From contig JBQTIU010000022.1 in the NCBI GenBank assembly GCA_052387815.1, positions 15,428 through 79,427 of the forward strand: a DNA stretch of 64,000 nt, in the 5' to 3' direction. Numbering within the stretch: the stretch's first letter is position 1; the number at the start of each line of letters is the position of its first letter. Below are positions 58,853-64,000 of this stretch, in pieces. Under the pieces are notes generated by a model that was given only the letters and a program-made list of their open reading frames with translations, ran no database searches and was not told the origin of the DNA. The DNA is from Pseudomonadota bacterium. Lineage in GTDB: Bacteria; Pseudomonadota; Alphaproteobacteria; CACIAM-22H2. The position numbers and the translations under genes were made by a program.

Positions 58853-59836
58853 ATGATCGCCTACATCGTCCACCGCCTCGTCCAGTCAGTCGGGGTCATG
58901 CTGGCGGTGGCTTTCGTCGCCTTCTCGCTGTTCGCCTACGTGGGCGATCCGATCACCATCATGCTCGGACAGGACTACAATGAAATCGACCGCGCGCGGC
59001 TGATGCGCGAGCTCGGTCTCGACCGGCCGTTCTTCGTCCAATACGCCTATTTCATCGGCAACGCGATCCAGGGCGATTTCGGCATCTCCTACCGCATGGC
59101 GGAAGCGGTCGGTCCGCTGATCCTCGGTCGGCTGCCGGCGACGCTCGAGCTCAGCTTCGTCGCCGCGACCCTGGCTTTGATCGTCGGCGTGCCGATGGGC
59201 GTCTATACCGGACTCTACCCGAAGCGCTGGCTGAGCCGCGTGTTCCTCACCGTGTCGCTGATCGGCATATCGCTGCCGACCTTCCTGATCGGCATCCTGC
59301 TGATCCTGATCTTCGCCGTGCTGCTGGGCTGGTTGCCGTCGTTCGGCCGCGGCGAGGTGGTGCGTCTCGGCTGGTGGTCCACCGGGTTCCTCACCGCCAG
59401 CGGCCTCAAGGCGCTGATCCTGCCGTCGATCACGCTGGGGCTGTTCCAGATGACCCTGATCATGCGCCTGGTGCGCTCCGAGATGCTCGAGGTCATGCGC
59501 ACTGACTACATCAAGTTCGCGCGCGCCCGCGGCCTCGCCAACCGCGCCATCCATTTCGGCCACGCGCTCAAGAACACGCTGGTGCCGGTGATCACCATCA
59601 CCGGGCTACAGCTCGGCGCGATCATCGCCTTCGCCATCATCACCGAGACGGTGTTCAGTTGGCCGGGCATGGGCCTGTTGTTCATCCAGTCGGTGCAGTT
59701 CGCCGACATCCCGGTGATGTCCGCCTACCTGGTGCTGATCGGCTTCCTGTTCGTGGTCATCAACCTGTCGGTCGATCTACTCTACTTCGCGGTCGATCCG
59801 CGGCTGCGCCTCGATCGCGACGTGAAGGGCCTATGA
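58853..59836 (+). CDS. ABC transporter permease (DppB type)
   Basis: MIAYIVHRLVQSVGVMLAVAFVAFSLF..., 327 aa. Confidence 0.85.
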   Translation: MIAYIVHRLVQSVGVMLAVAFVAFSLFAYVGDPITIMLGQDYNEIDRARLMRELGLDRPFFVQYAYFIGNAIQGDFGISYRMAEAVGPLILGRLPATLELSFVAATLALIVGVPMGVYTGLYPKRWLSRVFLTVSLIGISLPTFLIGILLILIFAVLLGWLPSFGRGEVVRLGWWSTGFLTASGLKALILPSITLGLFQMTLIMRLVRSEMLEVMRTDYIKFARARGLANRAIHFGHALKNTLVPVITITGLQLGAIIAFAIITETVFSWPGMGLLFIQSVQFADIPVMSAYLVLIGFLFVVINLSVDLLYFAVDPRLRLDRDVKGL

Positions 59837-60768
59837 GCGCGGCCGCACTGCGCGTCCTCGACGGTCTGCGGCGCGCCGCCGACAGCGACATCTTCTACAG
59901 CTTCCGCCGCTCGCCGGCGGTGGTCGCCGCCGCCATCCTCACCGCGGCCTTTTTTCTGGCGGCGCTGCTGGCGCCGTGGGTGGCGCCGCACAACCCCTTC
60001 GACCTCGCCTCACTGGATCTCCTCGACGCCTTCGCGCCGCCCGCCTGGGTCGAGGGCGGCAGCCGGCGCTTTGTGCTCGGCGCCGACGACCAGGGCCGCG
60101 ACGTGCTGTCCACCATCATCTACGGCTCGCGCATCTCGCTGATGATCGGGTTCGCCGCGGTGCTGTTCGCCATGGTGCTCGGCATCGGCCTCGGCTTGGT
60201 CGCCGGTTATGCCGGCGGCGTCCTCGATGCCGTGATCATGCGCGTCGCCGACGTGCAATTGTCGTTCCCGGCGATCCTCATCGCGCTGTTGATCGACGGC
60301 GTCGTCCGCGGGCTGATCGCCCACGAGCACCGGGCCGACGTCGCCATCCTCGTCCTCGTGCTGTCGATCGGCCTGTCGTTCTGGGTGCAGTACGCGCGCA
60401 CGGTGCGCGGCTCGGTGATGGTCGAGAAGAACAAGGAGTACGTCCAGGCGGCGCGGGTGATCGGCATCCACCCGCTGCTGATCGCGGTCCGGCACGTGCT
60501 GCCGAACGTGATGGGCCCGGTGCTGGTCATCGCCACCATCAACTTGGCGCTCGCCATCATCGTCGAGGCGACGCTGTCGTTCCTGGGCGTCGGCGTGCCG
60601 CCGACCCGGCCGTCCTTGGGCACGCTGATCCGCATCGGCAACGACTTCCTGTTCTCGGGCGAATGGTGGATCACGGTGTTCCCCGGCGCGGCGCTCGCCC
60701 TGCTGGTGCTCGCGGTCAACCTGCTCGGCGATTGGCTGCGCGACGCCTTGAATCCCAAGCTCCGCTAG
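59833..60768 (+). CDS. ABC transporter permease (DppC type)
   Basis: ATG 59833 overlapping previous stop; DppC-like, 311 aa. Confidence 0.85.
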   Translation: MSAAALRVLDGLRRAADSDIFYSFRRSPAVVAAAILTAAFFLAALLAPWVAPHNPFDLASLDLLDAFAPPAWVEGGSRRFVLGADDQGRDVLSTIIYGSRISLMIGFAAVLFAMVLGIGLGLVAGYAGGVLDAVIMRVADVQLSFPAILIALLIDGVVRGLIAHEHRADVAILVLVLSIGLSFWVQYARTVRGSVMVEKNKEYVQAARVIGIHPLLIAVRHVLPNVMGPVLVIATINLALAIIVEATLSFLGVGVPPTRPSLGTLIRIGNDFLFSGEWWITVFPGAALALLVLAVNLLGDWLRDALNPKLR

Positions 60769-60769
60769 G

Positions 60770-61772
<1,003 letters not shown>

Positions 61773-61780
<8 letters not shown>

Positions 61781-62840
61781 GAAGCGGCCGCTGCTCAAGG
61801 TCGCGGACCTGCGGCGCTACTTCGATGTCTCGCCGCCGCTGCTCAGCCGCCTGATCGCAGGCACCGGCCGCCGGATCGTCAAGGCGGTCGACGGCATCAG
61901 CTTCGCCATCGAGCGGGGCGAGACCTTCGCCCTGGTCGGCGAATCGGGCTGCGGCAAGTCGACGGTCGCGCGCCTCGTCGTCGGCCTCTACGCGCCGAGC
62001 GGCGGCCGCGTCGAGTTCGCCGGCGTCGATCTTGGCCGGCTGCGCGGCCGGGCCGCGCGCGCGCCCTACCAGGCGCGCATGCAGATGATCTTCCAGGACC
62101 CCTACGCCTCGCTCAACCCGCGCTGGCGCGTCGCCGACATCGTCGCCGAGCCGCTGACGGCGCGCCGCCTGGTGCAGGGCCGCCGGGCGATCGCCGATCG
62201 CGTCGGCGAGCTGCTGCGCCAAGTGCGCCTGTCTCCGGCCGACGGCGACAAGTACCCGCACGAGTTCTCCGGCGGCCAGCGCCAACGCATCTCGTTCGCC
62301 CGGGCGCTCGCTGGCCAGCCCGAATTCCTGGTCTGCGACGAGCCGACCTCGGCGCTCGATGTCTCGGTGCAGGCGCAGATCCTCAACCTGATGAAGGACC
62401 TGCAGCGCCAGCTCGGCCTCACCTACCTGTTCATCTCGCACAACCTGGCCGTCGTCTACCACGTCTCGACCACGATCGGCGTGATGTACCTCGGCCGCCT
62501 GGTCGAGTGGGCCGACACCCGCACCCTGTTCGCCGATCCCTCGCATCCCTATACGCGGATGCTGCTCGACACCATTCCCGACCTGTCGATGAGCGGGGCC
62601 GACCGCGCGCCGGTGGCCGGCGAGGTGCCGAGCCCGATCGACCCGCCGGCGGGCTGCGCCTTCCATCCGCGCTGCCCGTTGGCCGCCGAGCGCTGCCGGC
62701 GCGAGCGGCCGGAGCTGATCGAGACCGGCCCCCGCCGCGTCGCCTGCCACGCGGTCGCCGAAGGCCGCCTGCCGGCGTGGCAAGGGGGAGCGCGCCTGAC
62801 GGGCGCGCGCCAGACGCTTTCGCCTCCGGAAATCTGCTAG
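61773..62840 (+). CDS. ABC transporter ATP-binding protein (DppF/OppF type)
   Basis: [24 protein letters not shown], start ATG 61773 overlapping the previous gene by 8 nt. Confidence 0.9.
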
Positions 62841-62870
62841 ATTGGGGGGCCGAGCTCGAGGAGGGCCGAC

Positions 62871-64000
62871 ATGACCCAACGCGGCAATTCGATGAGTAGC
62901 CGGGACATCGCCGCGCTCATCCACCCGTACACCAACCTCAAGGTGCACGAGAAGGACGGGCCGCTGGTGGTCGGCCGCGGCAACGGGATTTACGTCTACG
63001 ACGAGGACGGCAAGCGCTATATCGAAGGCCTGGCCGGGCTGTGGTGCACCTCCTTGGGCTTCGACGAGGAGCGCCTGGTCGCGGCGGCCGCACGCCAGAT
63101 GCGGAGCTTGCCCACCTATCACATCTTCGCCCACAAATCCCACCCGCCCGGGATCGAGCTCGCCGAACGGCTGCTCGGGCTTTCCCCGGCGCCGATGTCG
63201 AAGGTGTTCTTCGCCAATTCGGGCTCGGAGGCCAACGACACCGCGGTCAAGCTGGTCTGGTACTACAACAACGCGCTCGGCCGGCCGCGCAAGAAGAAGA
63301 TCGTCTCGCGCTGGCGGGCCTATCACGGCGTCACCATCGCCGCGGCGAGCTTGACCGGCCTGCCGGCGAACCACCGCGATTTCGATCTGCCGATCGCCGG
63401 CATCCTCCACGCCGACTGCCCGAGCCATTACCTTTACGGCGCGCCCGGCGAGAGCGAGGAGGCGTTCGCCCAGCGGCTAGCCGAGAATTTGGAGGGGCTG
63501 ATCCTCAAGGAAGGCCCGGACACGGTGGCCGCGTTCATCGCCGAGCCGGTCATGGGCGCGGGCGGGGTGATCGTGCCGCCGGCGACCTATTTCGCCAAGA
63601 TCCAGCCGATCCTCAAGAAGTACGACATCCTGTTCATCGTCGACGAGGTGATCACCGGCTTCGCTCGCACCGGCAACATGTTCGGGACGCAGACCTTCGA
63701 TTTGAAGCCCGACATGATCGCGCTCGCCAAGGCCCTGTCCTCGGCCTACCTGCCGATCTCGGCCCTCCTCATCGCCGAGCCGATCTACCGCGCGCTGGTT
63801 TCGGAGAGCGAGAAGATCGGCGTGTTCGGCCACGGCTTCACCTATTCCGCCCACCCGGTCGCGGCGGCGGTGGCGTTGGAGACTCTCAAGATCTACGAGG
63901 AGCGCGACATCGTGGGCCACGTCCGGCGCGTCGCCCCGCGCCTGCAGGCGGCCTTGCGGAAATTCGCCGCTCACGACCTCGTCGGCGAGGTCCAGGGCGT
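62871..64000 (+). CDS. Class III (omega) aminotransferase, 5' part; continues past the right edge
   Basis: MTQRGNSMSSRDIAALIHPYTNLKVHEKDGPLVV..., GSEANDTAVKL, DEVITGFARTG (PLP lysine region); no stop before the window end. Confidence 0.85.
   Translation, partial: MTQRGNSMSSRDIAALIHPYTNLKVHEKDGPLVVGRGNGIYVYDEDGKRYIEGLAGLWCTSLGFDEERLVAAAARQMRSLPTYHIFAHKSHPPGIELAERLLGLSPAPMSKVFFANSGSEANDTAVKLVWYYNNALGRPRKKKIVSRWRAYHGVTIAAASLTGLPANHRDFDLPIAGILHADCPSHYLYGAPGESEEAFAQRLAENLEGLILKEGPDTVAAFIAEPVMGAGGVIVPPATYFAKIQPILKKYDILFIVDEVITGFARTGNMFGTQTFDLKPDMIALAKALSSAYLPISALLIAEPIYRALVSESEKIGVFGHGFTYSAHPVAAAVALETLKIYEERDIVGHVRRVAPRLQAALRKFAAHDLVGEVQG

Overview
This is a high-GC (about 70% by eye), alphaproteobacterium-like chromosomal segment. 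Most of it is ABC transporters and catabolic enzymes. There are five ABC uptake systems: one polyamine/iron-type, one sugar-type, one mixed, one Liv-type and one Dpp-type with two paralogous binding proteins. There is also a sixth, Dpp-like set that has a binding protein and permeases but no ATPase. A sugar-acid-type catabolic cluster carries IlvD/EDD-family and UxaA-family dehydratases plus several SDRs. The window also holds a flavocytochrome c sulfide dehydrogenase pair, a ThDP enzyme, a large FAD/Fe-S oxidoreductase, pyrE, manC, arsC, uspA and ribokinase. No rRNA, tRNA or CRISPR array was seen, and no classical transcription-factor gene was recognised. The most unusual structure is two insertions that each sit between direct duplications of about 180 bp of a gene 3' end. 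The first is a 1.4 kb tricistronic DUF433-MNT-HEPN toxin-antitoxin-like cassette with tandem operator-like repeats and a scrambled SDR remnant. The second is a roughly 10.5 kb segment bounded by two copies of a PaaI-thioesterase 3' end. It carries remnants of three IS families (IS630, IS3, IS256), two gene fragments, and an acyl-CoA ligase/Liv-ABC/amidohydrolase/SDR cassette. Smaller signals include a perfect FNR/FixK-type box upstream of uspA and a leader duplicated in front of two paralogous binding-protein genes that is far better conserved than the genes themselves. There is also a promoter plus a 34-codon upstream ORF in front of the FAD/Fe-S oxidoreductase. All calls rest on reading the sequence and remembered family motifs; no database search was possible.
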